DNA from: an uncultured Planctomycetota bacterium
GTDB taxonomy: Bacteria; Planctomycetota; Planctomycetia; Isosphaerales; Isosphaeraceae
NCBI GenBank assembly: GCA_963845755.1
Contig: CAWJTV010000022.1
Coordinates: 1-64,000, forward strand
Length of the DNA: 64,000 nucleotides
Direction: 5' to 3'
In this document: one piece after another, positions 1 through 10,719 of the stretch
How the letters are laid out: every line of letters begins with the position of its first letter
How positions within the stretch are numbered: the stretch's first letter is position 1
The notes under the pieces: model-generated
Told to the model about the DNA's origin: nothing
Databases searched by the model: none
The model's input: only the letters and a program-made list of their open reading frames with translations
Translations under genes and position numbers: made by a program

Positions 1-122
1 GCGTAGAGTCGAGGTGTGGCGCGGTAGTTTAGGTCGAAGTTTGTTTTCCCCTGTTAGCCCGCCCTTTCGTCTGCGGGTGTCCCACCCTCTCGACCATGCC
101 CCGTCTCCACACCCCGCTCATC

Positions 123-155
123 GAACTGGACGTGCGGATCTCCCGCATCCAGCTC
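123..155 (-). ncRNA. Group II intron catalytic domain V
   Basis: 33-nt hairpin GAGCTGGATGCGGGAGATCCGCACGTCCAGTTC with AGC triad and AC bulge, directly downstream of the RT stop codon. Confidence 0.92.
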
Positions 156-182
156 TCGGACAGAACACGTCACTCCCTTCGC

Positions 183-803
183 TCACGAACGGGTTGGAGG
201 CGGAAGTCTTCGGAGCTTCACCAGTCCCAGATCCTGGTACAAGTAACGGCTCGGGTATCGTGTATAGCCCGGCCTGGGCTCCTTGTGCTTCTCACATAAC
301 CAGCGACGAAGCCGGGTCTCCGCGTGGGAGTTCACCACCTGGTAGGCTCGGCCCACTGTCCCGTGACTGAAGTAGTTCCACCATCCCCGCAAGGTCCGGT
401 TCAGGCGGGTGACCTGGTCGGTCACGGAGAGCCACGACGACGACCGGCTGGTGAGATCGCTGATCTCCCGGCAGAGCCGGTGGATCTTCTTCTGCGAGGG
501 ACGGGCTCCCACATAGGACTGGCCCGTCCGGCGATCGTAGCAGCGGCCGAAGCTGTAGCCCAGGAAGTCGAACGTCTCTTCCGGCACGTGGCACTCCCGC
601 GTCTTCGTCTCGTTGACCGTCAGCTTCAGCTTCGCCATCATGGCCCGCATCCGCTCCATCGCCGTTGCGGCGGTGGTCCGGCAGCAGATCACGAAGTCGT
701 CCGCATAGTTGACGATGTGAGCCCTCAGGGTGCGGTCGTGTCCCGCGGTCTTCCAGCCCAGCACAAAGCGTCGCATGTAGATATTCGCCAACAATGGTGA
801 GAT
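183..803 (-). pseudogene. ltrA: Group II intron RT/maturase, C-terminal half (RT motifs incl. YADD, plus X/thumb domain; no HNH endonuclease)
   Basis: ISPLLANIYM...VNYADDFVI...KLTVNETKT...FDFLGYSF...LNRTLRGWWNYF. Confidence 0.93.
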
Positions 804-804
804 C

Positions 805-2449
805 ACGCCCCCAACAATGTTGCGAAGAACCCTGTTGGGGGCCTCCCTCAAAAGGGGACGGACTGACCCGATACACGATGCGGACCTCCTGCTCGTCGAT
901 CTCGACCTTCTTCACCAAAGCCCGAACGATCTCCCGTCGCGTGTCCCAGTCCGGCTCTTGTAACTCCTGGGAAACGCGTCTCGCGAACTCCTCCAACTGG
1001 CCGATCACCAGCCGCAGTTCCGCTTCCTGGTTGGCCTCGTCAATCCGCTGCCGACACTCATCCTCCAGTTTGGCCAGGCGCTCGCGCGCCGCCAAGATCC
1101 TCGGCTCGAATTCCGACTTGTCGAGCAACCCTCGCCGTAGGCATCGATCAATCGCGAGATCATCTTTTTTAGATTCGCAATCAATTTGTTGAGATGCTTC
1201 ACCTCGCGGTCTGGGCCCGTCTCCGGCCCTTGCAGCCGCCGCTCGTACTCCGCCCGAACCCGTTCGGGCTCGGACAAGAGATGACGCACGTCTTCCCAGA
1301 CGGCGGCGTCCAAGACATCCGTGCGGACCTGCTTGTTCCAGCACAGGCGCTGGCCACCGAAGCGATAGGCGTCGGAGCCCGTGCAGCGGTAGTAGGCGTA
1401 GGGGACCTTGCCCTTGGCCGAGGCCCGGCTCACCGGCTTGCCGTAGCAGCCGTAGCCGCACCGCTTGCAGACGACCAACCCCTGGAGGAGATAGCGGCCG
1501 CCACGGGGCCGTTCGCGACGGCGTTGCCGGTTCTCCTCGAGTTGAGCTTGAACCGTCCCGAAGAGTTCCTCGCTCACCAGCCCGGGGACATCGATGAAGA
1601 TTTGTTCTTCCGAAGATGTATCGACCCGAGAGACGGGACGCCGGGGCTGCTCAGGACGGCCGCGTTGCGGCGCGGAGCCGCTTCGGCTTGAGGCGCGCCG
1701 CGCGCGTCTTGCCGAAGCCGGCCGTCCCCTTGTAGGCAGGGTTCCTGAGATACGACCAGATCACCGAGCGGTCCCAGGCCGATTTGCCAGTCCGCGTGGG
1801 GACGCCGTCGCGTTGCAGGCGTCGGCAAACCTCACCGATCGAGCATCGTTCCTGGCCGACCCACTCGAAGATCTTCCGCACGATCCGCGCCTCGTCGGCC
1901 ACGACCTGATAACGCGCCTCGCCGCCGCCCTCATGCTTGCCGACGTAACGGTAGCCGTAGGGCGCGCCGCTGAGCACGTTGACCGAGCCGTGGCGGGCGG
2001 CGTACTGCTTGCCCCGGCGACAGCGCTCCATGATCTTGGCACGCTCGTACTCGGCGATCATGCCCTGGACCTGCAGCGAGCAGGTTCTCCTCGGGTCCGC
2101 GGCCTAGGGGATTGCGCAGGAAGACGACCTCAACGCCGCACCGGGCGAGTTCCTCGAGTATCAAAACCTGATAGGCATATTTGCGTGAAAGTCGATCGGG
2201 ATCGAGGATGTAGAGGCGGTCGATGGTCCCAGCGGCGGCCTGGTCCCGAAGTCGTTCGAGGCCCGGGCGGATCAGGATATCCCCGGTGTAGCCATCGTCC
2301 ACGAAGCACAATTCGGGCTCGCATTCCAAGCCGTCGCTCGCGACGCGCTGCCTGATCGCCTCAAGCTGGCTGGCGATCGTGCCCTCCTTGGCCTGTTGGT
2401 CCCCGGAGACCCGGGCATAGGTCCCCACACGGAGATCGTGATTGAGCAT
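805..2449 (-). CDS. Large serine recombinase (resolvase + recombinase + zinc-ribbon + coiled coil); several apparent frameshifts; no stop codon inside the element
   Basis: Pieces in ORFs 1931-2449 (YARVSG catalytic Ser, DDGYTG, RPGLERLRD, DRLSR), 1651-2061 (APYGY, LRNPAYKG), 1005-1577 (YLLQGLVVCKRCG...YYRC) and 292-1461 (RREIVRALVKKVEI). Confidence 0.9.
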
Positions 2450-2455
2450 GGCTGG

Positions 2456-2669
2456 TCAAGCTCCCCTGGCCTTTGATCGGAGTCCCTGCATCGTTGTGGT
2501 GGCCTGCTCGTTGTCGTTGGATCGCGATCGCGGCCGTTCCAGGTGGCGAGAGACGACCGGGATCAAGGCCTGGTATGCCAGCGCGATCGACTGATCCTGA
2601 AGCCGGGTGAACTCGAAATGGCGGGTGACGGGAGGGCTGAGGGCTGGACCTCCGTTGAGATGTGATCAT
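2456..2669 (-). CDS. Small (about 70 aa) accessory ORF upstream of the LSR, apparently frameshifted
   Basis: GAGGAGGAG RBS precedes ATG at 2669. Rejoined reading MITSQRR...RHFEFTRLQDQSIALAYQALIP ends just before the LSR start. Confidence 0.5.
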
Positions 2670-2823
2670 GTTGACTCCTCCTCACCAAGACCGCGGCTGT
2701 CAGCCTGCCTTGGACGGGGATCGAGCCCGGGCTGCCATCCTTGCCCATACTTCGGTCGGAGCCGCGATCTGGAAATGACAGAGTCAGGGATCAGGGACGA
2801 TTTTGCAACATTGTTGGGGGCGT

Positions 2824-3530
2824 GATCGGCGACCCTTGCGGGGTCCCTTTCCCCTCGTCCTTGTTGCGCGTCGTGCGGTGATGCCGCCCCCGCGCGTCGA
2901 TCTCTTCCACCGGCGTCTCCAGCCACATCTTCAGCAGTCGGAGCATCCGGCTGTCGCTGATGCGTCGGGCCGCCGACCTCATGAGTTCGGGGTGGGGGAT
3001 ACTGTCGAAATAGCCGGATAAATCGGCATCGATCACGTCCGTATGGCCCGCTCGCAGCAACGCCTCGACCTGCCTCACGGCGTCCAGGGCGCTGTGCTCG
3101 GGGCGATACGCGTGCTGTTCGGGTTGCAGGTCCGTCTCGAAGATCGGCTCCAGCACCAGGACAGCCGCCATCTGGACCACGCGATCCTTGATGCAAGGAA
3201 TCCCCAGCGGCCGGAACTTGTCCGATTGATCATCTTTGTGGATGTTCACCCGTCTGACCGGCTGGGATTGATACGTCTCCTTCCGCAGTTCTTCCGTCAA
3301 TTCGCCCAGCCACGCGCTCCAGCCCCTGCGCCTCGATGTCCTCGAAGCTCTGCCCGTCCACGCCCGGTGCGCCGCCATTGGCTTTGCAGCGGTCGTAGGC
3401 GAAGCGGAGGATGTCTTCGCGGTACAGCTTGTCGTAGAGGGCGTAGAAGCGATAGCCCGGCGCAGTCCTTGGCTTTCGAGTGCAGGGCGTCCTGGAGCTT
3501 CCTGACCTTGGGTGGAGGTGTTAGGCTCAT
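2824..3530 (-). pseudogene. ltrA: Group II intron RT, N-terminal half (frameshifted)
   Basis: [17 protein letters not shown]..., [61 protein letters not shown]. Confidence 0.92.
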
Positions 3531-4084
3531 CACCAATCTCCCGGCCGTCGGCGCCTTCGCGTCCTGGGTCCTGAACTGAGGCCCCTTCCCTCCACCGGCA
3601 TTACCCGGCTTCGACGGTACTACGGGCCTCTCCGCCACCCCCGCGCGACCCGGCCTGTCCCTCGCGGGCGTCCGGTTGACGGTCACGCGCCGCCATCGCA
3701 GGGGGCTTCCCGTGTTGCATAGGGTCTCCGTGTGCGGGCATGCCGTCTCCTGTACCCCGGCGGACTCGCTGGGTCCGATCGCTCGTGGGCCGGCGTATTC
3801 CAGCCGGTACCCTGGTCGCCAGCGACGACGGCCTTCCCCAGGACATAGATGGGTCGGCGTCCACGACAAACCTTTCGGGGCCTCATCGGATGTTCACTTG
3901 CGTTACGGCCTGCCTGCTCGCGGGACCGCCAGAGCGGTCCTTTGCATCGAAGGCTTCGACGGTTTCGTGACCTCGACCGCCGCTCCGATTGCTACCGGCT
4001 GGAGCGAACCAGTTGCCGGGTGGGAATTACACCCACTGAAGACCTATACCTTTGCACGGCGCACTATGTCCCCGTTTTTCCCCC

Positions 4085-4426
4085 ATAATCATGAGACGCC
4101 TTGGAACCGACGCGCCGCTCTTCGATCCCGGTGTCTCCCGGCGCCTGTCGTAAGGCCTCTCCATACGTTCCCGAGGGTTCCAAAGCCACCACCAGCTTCC
4201 GGTCCGCCTGGACCTGCTTCAGGACACCAACCAACGTCGGGATCTCCCAGGGGTTCTTGACCCGCCAAGGACGCTCGAACTGCCCATCGGCCCAGCGACA
4301 AATCACCAACAGATCAAACTTCCCGACGTCGATACCCACGGTCACGCCCAAACCCTCCTTTCCGCGGGCGATCTGCTCCCACTTCACCTCGTTGACGCGC
4401 GTGGCACGGTATGCTTTGCTACCCAT
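4085..4426 (-). pseudogene. IS110-family transposase, N-terminal DEDD fragment (truncated after about 114 aa)
   Basis: VGIDVGK...VVALEPSGTYG motifs of the RuvC-like IS110 domain; GGAGG RBS before ATG at 4426. Confidence 0.8.
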
Positions 4427-4517
4427 GGGGATGACCTCCTGCAAGTGCGGTTGCGAGACCTCAACAGTTTCGCCTTGGCCGCCTATCGAGGCATCCCCAC
4501 TTCTATTTCTATAGCCA

Positions 4518-4672
4518 CTACGCTTCGCAGTGGAGGTCACCCGCCACCACGCAAGACTCGCTTCCGGCTGCTGGCTAAGCTTTGCCGGGCGGGATTCGTT
4601 AACCCGCAGGGTTGCAATGAAAGGTTTCGGAGTTCGAGTCTCTTCCTCCCTTCTCGAGCTTGCCTGACGCTA
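4518..4672 (-). ncRNA. 5' fragment (domain I) of a second, different group II intron
   Basis: (TA)GCGTCAGGCAAGC...CAGCCGGAAGCGAGTCTTGCGTGG...CTGCGAAGCGTAG resembles bacterial group II intron 5' regions (recognised from memory, not searched). It stops abruptly at the IS110 left end. Confidence 0.62.
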
Positions 4673-5053
4673 TGACACCATTTATTTTCGAAAGCGGAGA
4701 TGGAAGGGGGCACGAGGTGGAACGGGATATTGCTCAATGAGAAGGCGACAGGCACCGTCTGGTGAAGGCGAGATTTCCCAGGTAACCTCGACTGCGGGAA
4801 CAATTAGCAATGTCCCCCGGCCCACCCTGCGGGCACCCGACCGACGCCGCAGTCCCCTTTGGATTTCGCGGGTCGTAGTATCTGGCTTTCCCCGCTGCGC
4901 GGTTTAGAATGGTGTCTTGCCTTTCATCAGTCGAGCTTGCAGCGCACGCAGCGGACCCAGAGCGGGGCACACGTCCATGATCACGCTCGTCTTCGTCCAA
5001 TGGACGGGCGTTCGGGAGCACGTCTACGACGACTCGCAAGGGGAGTAAGCCGA

Positions 5054-8000
5054 TGAATGCACCAGAAAACTCGAACCCATCACCTACACCGACTTCGTCG
5101 TTCGGGACCTACTTCGATGACTGGCAGAAGAGGCTCTCGACAACCGTACCCCCCATAGCTGCTGTCGTAACGGGGTGGGGGCTAGGTCAGTCCTGGGGGG
5201 CGGCCATCGGTTTTATTTTCGCACTCTGTACATGTTTGTTGTATATGCCTTCTGGAGAAGGGGTAACCAGAAAAAGGACCCGGTCCCCGTCGAAGGCCAA
5301 CATGCTCCATTCCGCAGCTTAGCCTTCTTCGGTGAGGATGAGGAGTTGCCTGGGGATGAGCGTAGACGCGAGGCAAAGGCCCTGACACAGTTTATAAAGG
5401 AGTCTCGGATTGAACTCTTCGTGGTTTGTGGCGAGAGCGGCTGCGGTAAGACTTCTTTCCTTCGCGCCGCCGTTGGGAGACAGTTCAAAGACCTTAAGTG
5501 GGAAGTCGTTTTCGTGGACGGCTTATCTTACTTGGAAGGCAACAACGCTGGCAGTGTGAGGAATTGCGATGCCCAGGGTGCGGTGGATCGGATGAAATCC
5601 TGGTCCGCCAGCTTCCAGAAAGGGATTGACCGGGTCGTTGTTTTCGACCAGTTCGAGCAGTTCCTCATCAAGTTCAATACGAAAAAGGAAAGAGAAATCA
5701 TCGCTCTATTCTTGGCGTCCATTCTCTCATCAAGGGTTGCAAATAAAATCATACTATCAGTGCGAAAAAAGGATCTCCCGGACTTGCACGACCTCTCTCC
5801 TCGCATCCCAGAGCCCACTGGAGTAGAGAAAGTTTTCCGGCTGGAGAACTTTTCTATAGTCGAAGCAGGAGATATTATCAAGGAGTGTTGCAAGCTCGCG
5901 AAGATTGACCTAGATCCCTCCTTCGCCCAATTTCTCGCCGGTACAATGGCCGTCGAGGCGCGTGTGCGGCCGGCCGAACTTCAAATCATCTGTTCTGCTT
6001 TGAAAGGAGTGTTTACGCCAAAGCGATACGAGGAACTGGGTGGCTACGATGGAATTCTAACCGACTTCATAGAGAGTGCCATCGCGACTCTGCATAAATC
6101 CGGACTTGGCACGCTTGGTGTTGAGGGCACTTTGCGACTTCGAGAACCAGTTGCCAAAACTGCCCCTCACGTCTCGGGATATCACTCGCGAGATTGAGGC
6201 ATCAAGAAAGTCTAAGAGCAAGATCGACCCAGTGCAAGTCGAAGAGGTCCTTCGGCTATTCGAGGGATCCCGGCTAGTTGACTGCAAGAAAGACTCGAAT
6301 GGCATCCCGACATGGTCCCTTACGCATGGATATCTGGTCGAGGCCGTCACCAGTGCGACCGGCGACGTCGTCACCGAGGCTGAGAAGGCCGATCGCCTAC
6401 TCCGTTCTTACACGAAGCCAGGCGGCGTCAATCATGGGACGAACCCCTCGCTGACGCAGATTATTTATTTCCTGAGGAGTTGTAACAAGACCGCTTGGGT
6501 TCCGAAGTCCGAATCACGGTCATTCTTGACGCGTGTTCTTCTTCGTAAGCTTCTAATCTTCTCGCTCTTCACGAGCACGTTGGCCATCTTGCTCATTACT
6601 GCTACTCTCGCGACAGCGAAGAAAGCGTGGAGGCACTACGAGGTGGGGAGCCACTGGCCGTCGCGGAGCGGAGGCAAGGTGACATACCTACTACCTACGC
6701 CATATGGCAGCGGGCTGATCACGCATGGAGGATCGTACATGAGCAAGTGGGACATAGGAATCAGCGGCAACCTCAAAACGGTCGAGCCCGAGCGCTACAG
6801 TCTCAAGCTCAATCAAATAGTCAGGCAGTATAATGACAAGGTCTCATTAGTCTACGACTATGACAATCCCAATTGGCTAGGGCTGATCCTCCACTCTGAA
6901 TTCCCGGCTCGCGTCCACGGCTTCCAGCGGCCGTCATCAAAACTTCCCGCGTCTGCCACGACGGGCGTCCATGCCACCGAGGTGCAGCCCCCGCCCGAGG
7001 TCGCTGCTGCTCAGGCCATGCTCGAAAGCAGTCTAGCAGCGAACCCATTTGGTCCCGGATCTATGCTTGGGTCCTCCCCAGCCTTGCCGAGTCCGGAAGC
7101 CAAGTATCTTACGTTCATAAGATTCGAGTCCCTTGCTGACATGCCTGGGCACTTTCAAACGATCTTCGACGTTAGGTTGGTCAACCCAGAGAGCAAGGTC
7201 GCCGAAATCAAGGGTCACGCGATTGTGGCTCTTCCTCCTCTCGTGACAGACGACGGCTTAAGGATGGTGGCTTCATACTCTGAACCTGCAGACACCGCAC
7301 TCGTCTTCCCCAGTCTTTGGGACCTCAAGAAACAAGCACGCCTCAAGTTACTGGTCACCACGCGTCGGAATATAGTCCTGCCCACTTACCATGCGAATCT
7401 TAGTGCTAGGACGATCATTACTTATGAAATAGAAAGAATGACAGGTAGCAAAAGCGTGTGCACATGGAGGCTTGACGACGGAAAGTTCCTAGGGTCGTCA
7501 GAGCTTCCTCAAGATAAAGCCAAGTTTGTCCCTTACTACTTCGGGAAGATCCCATTTATCCAATTTGCCGCTCCGCCACCCTCCAACGAGGTGTATGTCG
7601 TGCCCGAGCCAGGTGTGTCTTCGGGACCTGTAGCCTCGAGTGGCTGGAGGAGGCACCCCATCGATTTTCGGGTCGAAGAATCTTGTAGCTTGGAGTTTCT
7701 TGGCAAAGAAAGAAGGAGATACGACCGTGAAGATTTGGGATATCTATAAGGATAAGGTCTTCACCGTCAAAGGCCCTAGTGTGACAGATGATTCTGTTCT
7801 GGCGTTGGTTGGGGATGGGAAGACCCTGGTCCAATTGATTCAGGGAAGTGTCAATGTGTTGAAGCTGTGGGCGGTGGAGGAAAGCGTTGGTGAACCCCAG
7901 GGTCCCCTTGCTGAAATCAAGCTTCCGAAACGGATTCTTGCGTATGGTCCGACTTTGAATCATGACCTGTTCGTCCTCTTCGAGGGTGGTTTTCTCTCTT

Positions 8001-8188
8001 GTTACGACGGTGTAAGCGGGAAGCCGATCGCAGAAGTCGAGAACGCAACCGGCGACATTGTACATGTAAAGTCCGATAAAGATAATCACGTGCTATTCTT
8101 ATGGTCTACGGATGGTTTGGTCTCCAAATTCTGCCAGGGGACCGAGTACTGGAGTACTTGGTTCGTTCCAGATTCTCCATTCCGCTAG
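5054..8188 (+). CDS. Membrane-anchored STAND-class (nSTAND1-like) NTPase with C-terminal WD40-like beta-propeller; split by about 3 apparent frameshifts
   Basis: N-terminal hydrophobic helices, Walker A GESGCGKTS, Walker B VVVFDQFEQ, PAELQIIC and LTHGYL motifs, a TM segment (LLIFSLF...), then WD-like TVKIWD and VLFLWSTDG. Region is visibly AT-richer than the core. Confidence 0.7.
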
Positions 8189-8317
8189 GGAAATAAGGTC
8201 GAACCCCCTAGTGATTAGCGACAATTAGAATTCCCGCCCAGCGACAATCAGAATTCCCGCCTCCTCTCGCTTGGTTGTTCACTACGTGGTTTCCTCCTCG
8301 GTCAGGAGGCAACCACC

Positions 8318-9828
8318 ATGACCAAGGACATCCAGGTTCTCAAGCTTCGCCAGCTTCTCGGCGAGGGAATGCCGCTCTACCGTGCGGCTTGGAAGGTGGG
8401 TATGGACGCCAAGACCGCTCAAAAGTACCGAGACTCGGATCGCCTGCCCAGTGAATCGTGGACTCCCAAGACCTGGCGGACCCGGGAGGATCCGTTCCAG
8501 GAAGTCTGGCCGGAACTCCACGATCGGCTGGTGCTCAACCCGGGGCTCCAAGCCAAGACCCTGTTTGAGGATCTTCAGCATCGCTTCCCGGGCCGGTTCC
8601 CCGACGGCCAGCTCCGGACCTTGCAACGGAAGATCAAAGCGTGGCGGGCCACCGACGGTCCACCCAAGGAGGTTTTCTTCGATCAGATCCACACGCCCGG
8701 CGCATCGGCGCCTCCGACTTCACTTCCCTGAACGATTTGCAGGTCACACTCGCTGGCCAATCGTTCGATCACCTGGTCTATCACTTCGTTCTGACCTACT
8801 CCAACTGGGAGACCGGCACCGTCTGTTTCTCCGAAAGTTTCGAGAGCCTCAGCCAGGGGCTCCAGAACGCCCTTTGGGAACTGGGAGGGGTTCCCCAGAC
8901 TCATCGCACCGATCGGCTCACGGCCGCGGTCAACAACCTCGGCGATCGGGACTTGTTCCAGCAACGATACCGCGCCTTGATGGCCCACTATGGCATGGCA
9001 CCTCAAGCCATCCAGGCTGGTAAGGCCAACCAGAACGGAGACGCCGAACAGAGTCATAACCGGTTCAAACAAGCGATGGATCAGGCCCTGATGTTGCGCA
9101 GCGGCCGCGATTTCGCCGACCGAGCAGCCTACGAGCTGTTCCTTCGCCAGGTCTTCGCTCAGCGCAACAGCGGACGGATCCCGCGGTTCACCGAGGAACG
9201 ACTGTTGCTGAAGGACCTCCCCTCGCGGCGGGTGGACGCCTGGCACCGGCGCCGGGTGCGGGTCACCCAGGGGAGTACGATCCGGGTTGGCTCCAACACC
9301 TACTCGGTGCCGAGCCGACTCATCGGTGAACAGGTCGATGTCCATGTGATGGCGGAATGCCTGGAGGTGTGGCACGGCGCGGCGCTGATTGAAAGGGTCC
9401 CTCGGCAGCGCGGCCACAACAAACACGTGATTAACTATCGGCACGTGATCGACTGGTTGGTGCGCAAGCCGGGGGCGTTCGCGGCCTATCGGCACCGGGA
9501 CGCGATGTTCCCAACCGGCCGGTTTCGCCGAGCCTACGACGTCTTGCTGGCACAAAGCCCGGCCCGCGCCACCAAGGATTATCTCCGGATCCTGGAGTTG
9601 GCGGCGAAGGAGTCGGAAGTCGGGGTCAACGCCGTCCTGGGCCGGCTCTTGGACGGGAACATGCCGATCACCCCGACCGTCGTCACGGAGCACCTGGGTC
9701 ACGACCTGGGCCTGCCTCGCGCGATGGAGGTGGTCGTCACGACGGTGGATTTGTCGATGTACGACCTGTTACTCGAGACCAGGGAGGATATTCCATCAGT
9801 AAGCCAATCGATGTGCATGAGTCTCTGA
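8318..9828 (+). CDS. istA: IS21 transposase IstA (apparent frameshift near 8700)
   Basis: N-terminal HTH, WRTREDPF, SDFT...HRTDRL...NGDAEQSH DDE core, YSVPSRLIG. Confidence 0.92.
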
Positions 9829-10587
9829 CGGACTGCCTTCGCGAGCTCCACCTGCCGACGATCCGGCAGGCGTACGAATCGGCGGCGGCACGAGCCCGTC
9901 AGGAGTCAACCAGTTACGAACGTTACCTCCTGGATCTGGCGGAGCACGAGTGCGAGTCGCGGCGTTCCCACCGGGTCGAGCGGTTGTTGCGAGAATCGAG
10001 GCTGTTCATGGAAAAGAACCTGTCAAGCCTGGACCTGAAGCGACTGCCGTCCAAGGCGGCGCAGCAGGTCAGAACTCTGCTCGAAGGCGATTTTGTTGGA
10101 CGAAATGACAATGTGCTCATATTCGGGAATCCCGGCAGTGGCAAGAGCCACGTGGCGTGCGCGATCGGGCAGGAACTGATCCGCTCGGGGCGGAAGGTGA
10201 TGTTCGCGACGTGCCGCTTGATGGTTCAAGATCTGTTGGCCGCGAAGCGCAACCTGAAGCTGCGCGGTTTTCTCAAGAAGATTTCCCGATATGAGGTGCT
10301 GATCCTTGACGATATTGGATACGTACAATACAGCCGGGACGAGATGGAGGTGCTCTTCAACCTGCTGGCGGAACGGTACGAGCGGGAGCGTGATGCTGAC
10401 GAGCAACCTGCCGTTTTCGGGATGGGAGGCGATCTTCAAGGATCCGATGACGACCGCCGCCGCCATCGACCGGCTGGTGCACCATAGCGTGATCGTGGAG
10501 TTGAACGTTCCGAGCTACCGAGCCGAGCAGGCCAAGAAGTCGCGTCAAAAGCCGGTGGAACCGACAGACGCACGAGAGGAGGGATGA
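9813..10587 (+). CDS. istB: IS21 helper ATPase IstB (apparent frameshift near 10385)
   Basis: GNPGSGKSH Walker A, LILDDIGY Walker B, LTSNLPFSGW, AAIDRLVHH. Confidence 0.93.
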
Positions 10588-10719
10588 ACGAGCGCAGGAA
10601 TGGTTGATCCCAGAGGCGAGAGGGATGGTCAATTGGCCAGAATCCCAGGGGCTTGTACACTATGGCCGAGTAGGGAATTCTAATTGTCGTCAACAAGGAA
10701 ATCTAATTGTCGCTAATCA

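Larger units (their letters stand above)
805..2823 (-). mobile_element. Minimal large-serine-recombinase element inserted in the intron RT gene
   Basis: Perfect 19-bp terminal inverted repeats ACGCCCCCAACAATGTTGC (805-823 and 2805-2823). GATC lies on both sides (801-804, 2824-2827). Removal restores GTPQGSPISPLLANIY. Confidence 0.92.
3..4064 (-). mobile_element. Group II intron (ribozyme plus RT/maturase ORF), interrupted by an LSR element; about 2.04 kb without the insert
   Basis: Minus strand starts GTGCGCCGTG at 4064. Domain V GAGCTGGATGCGGGAGATCCGCACGTCCAGTTC at 155-123 carries the AGC triad. Domain VI ends ...CTCGACTCTAC at position 3. An RT ORF lies in between. Confidence 0.92.
8212..10719 (+). 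mobile_element. IS21-family insertion sequence, full length (about 2.5 kb)
   Basis: TG...CA ends, 18-bp perfect TIR TGATTAGCGACAATTAGA, repeated subterminal GCGACAATYAGAATTCCC motifs, 6-bp TSD CCCTAG (8206-8211, 10720-10725). Confidence 0.95.

Noticed and set aside
183..3530. RT as retron, DGR or defence RT
   Set aside because: GUGCG start, domain V/VI and X domain identify a group II intron; no template/variable repeat pair is seen.
8690..10390. Programmed frameshifting in istA/istB
   Set aside because: No slippery heptamer at the break points; same pattern as the window-wide indel noise.
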